A stretch of 37,443 bases of DNA from Candidatus Daviesbacteria bacterium. Lineage in GTDB: Bacteria; Patescibacteriota; Microgenomatia; Daviesbacterales; UBA10151. The DNA lies in the NCBI GenBank assembly GCA_016186985.1, contig JACPKO010000061.1, forward strand, positions 1 through 37,443. Direction: 5' to 3'. Under the pieces are notes generated by a model. The model was not told the origin of the DNA. It saw only the letters and a program-made list of their open reading frames with translations, and ran no database searches. Below are positions 37,104-37,443 of the stretch, piece by piece. Positions within the stretch are counted from its first letter, which is position 1. Each line of letters opens with the position of its first letter. The translations under genes were made by a program, and so were the position numbers.

Positions 37104-37174
37104 TGCGGGATCGTCTAATGGTAGGACGACAGAATCTGGATCTGTCTATTGGGGTTCGAATCCCTGTCCCGCAG
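37104..37174 (+). tRNA. tRNA-Gln (anticodon CUG), no encoded CCA
   Basis: Hand-folded cloverleaf. Acceptor UGCGGGA/UCCCGCA with U1-A72 and G73 (Gln identity features). D stem GUCU/GGAC. Anticodon stem ACAGA/UCUGU with loop AU-CUG-GA. T arm UGGGG-UUCGAAU-CCCUG. The 3' flank is CTC. Confidence 0.9.
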
Positions 37175-37176
37175 CT

Positions 37177-37215
37177 CGATACAAAATCCCGCCTTGTGCG
37201 GGAATTTTTGTATCG
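37177..37215 (+). terminator. Long imperfect hairpin directly after tRNA-Gln
   Basis: CGATACAAAATCCCGC-CTTGT-GCGGGAATTTTTGTATCG. The arms contain acceptor-stem-like TCCCGC/GCGGGA. Confidence 0.45.
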
Positions 37216-37283
37216 AAGTGGGCGGAAGGATTCTAATCAAATCTTTGATTTGGTTCGGCCGCGTCAGACGCGGGGGTAAATTT

Positions 37284-37299
37284 AATCCCTGTCCCGCAG
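37284..37299 (+). repeat. Exact 16-nt copy of the tRNA-Gln 3' end (AATCCCTGTCCCGCAG)
   Basis: Identical to 37159-37174, offset by 125 nt. Confidence 0.9.
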
Positions 37300-37389
37300 C
37301 CCAAAAAGGAGAGATGTGAAGCTAGTTCAAAAGGAAGGTGGTTTAGTAGCACGTAGTTTTGTTACAAATACCAGAGTATAATTTACAAA

Positions 37390-37443
37390 ATGGACCAGAA
37401 GATAATTATAGACTTAATAGGATACATAGCAGTAATTATTGGA
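37390..37443 (+). CDS. Start of a membrane protein (possibly PQ-loop/SemiSWEET-like), truncated by the window end
   Basis: ATG at 37390 lies 8 nt after TATAAT (37377-37382), so the mRNA may be leaderless. MDQKIIIDLIGYIAVIIG resembles SemiSWEET N-termini. Only 18 codons are visible. Confidence 0.3.
   Translation, partial: MDQKIIIDLIGYIAVIIG

Noticed and set aside
37003-37236. 77-aa ORF in the ORF track.
   Set aside because: It spans the tRNA-Gln gene, its promoter and its trailing hairpin, so it is not coding.
37197-37299. Possible second tRNA or intron-containing tRNA: 5' TGCGGGA at 37197 and 3' CCCTG-TCCCGCA-G at 37287-37299 could form an acceptor stem.
   Set aside because: The 103-nt interval has no D arm or anticodon arm of proper geometry. 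The T-loop is replaced by an 11-nt AT-rich loop. The 5' strand is better explained as the 3' arm of the trailer hairpin.
1-37443. Searched the window for defence systems, toxin-antitoxin pairs, prophage or transposon genes and CRISPR arrays.
   Set aside because: No integrase, transposase, nuclease/helicase defence signatures, cas genes or terminal inverted repeats were recognisable. The only mobility hint is the tRNA-Gln 3' end duplication.

Overview
AT-rich, tightly packed 37.4 kb chromosomal segment from a streamlined bacterium. The gene content looks like a Patescibacteria/CPR-type genome: archaeal-length AspRS, many GT-C membrane glycosyltransferases, a DUF5679 mini-protein and many small orphan ORFs. 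That assignment is inference only. Most of the window is housekeeping: recX (partial), rny, hup, miaA, an AI-2E transporter, rnpB RNA, comM/yifB, secD and secF, a CCA-adding enzyme, recJ, aspS, a D-Ala-D-Ala carboxypeptidase, gltX, PCD, msrB, an MFS transporter and tRNA-Gln(CUG). The centre (21141-29444) is a nine-gene operon encoding all seven shikimate-pathway steps plus chorismate mutase and a fused prephenate dehydrogenase/dehydratase. The most interesting signal is not in the ORF track. It is a 22-codon Trp/Phe/Tyr-rich leader ORF (21008-21076) with overlapping alternative hairpins and a GC-stem/U8 terminator just upstream of that operon, which fits a classical ribosome-mediated attenuator. 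Other notable points: rnpB carries a tandemly triplicated 23-nt hairpin module; the cca gene is broken by a frameshift or deletion inside its HD domain; secD and secF are separated by two orphan genes; a 16-nt copy of the tRNA-Gln 3' end lies 125 nt downstream of the tRNA; four GT-C glycosyltransferases are clustered. I saw no CRISPR array, transposase, integrase or recognisable defence system. All calls rest on motif recognition by eye and no searches were run.
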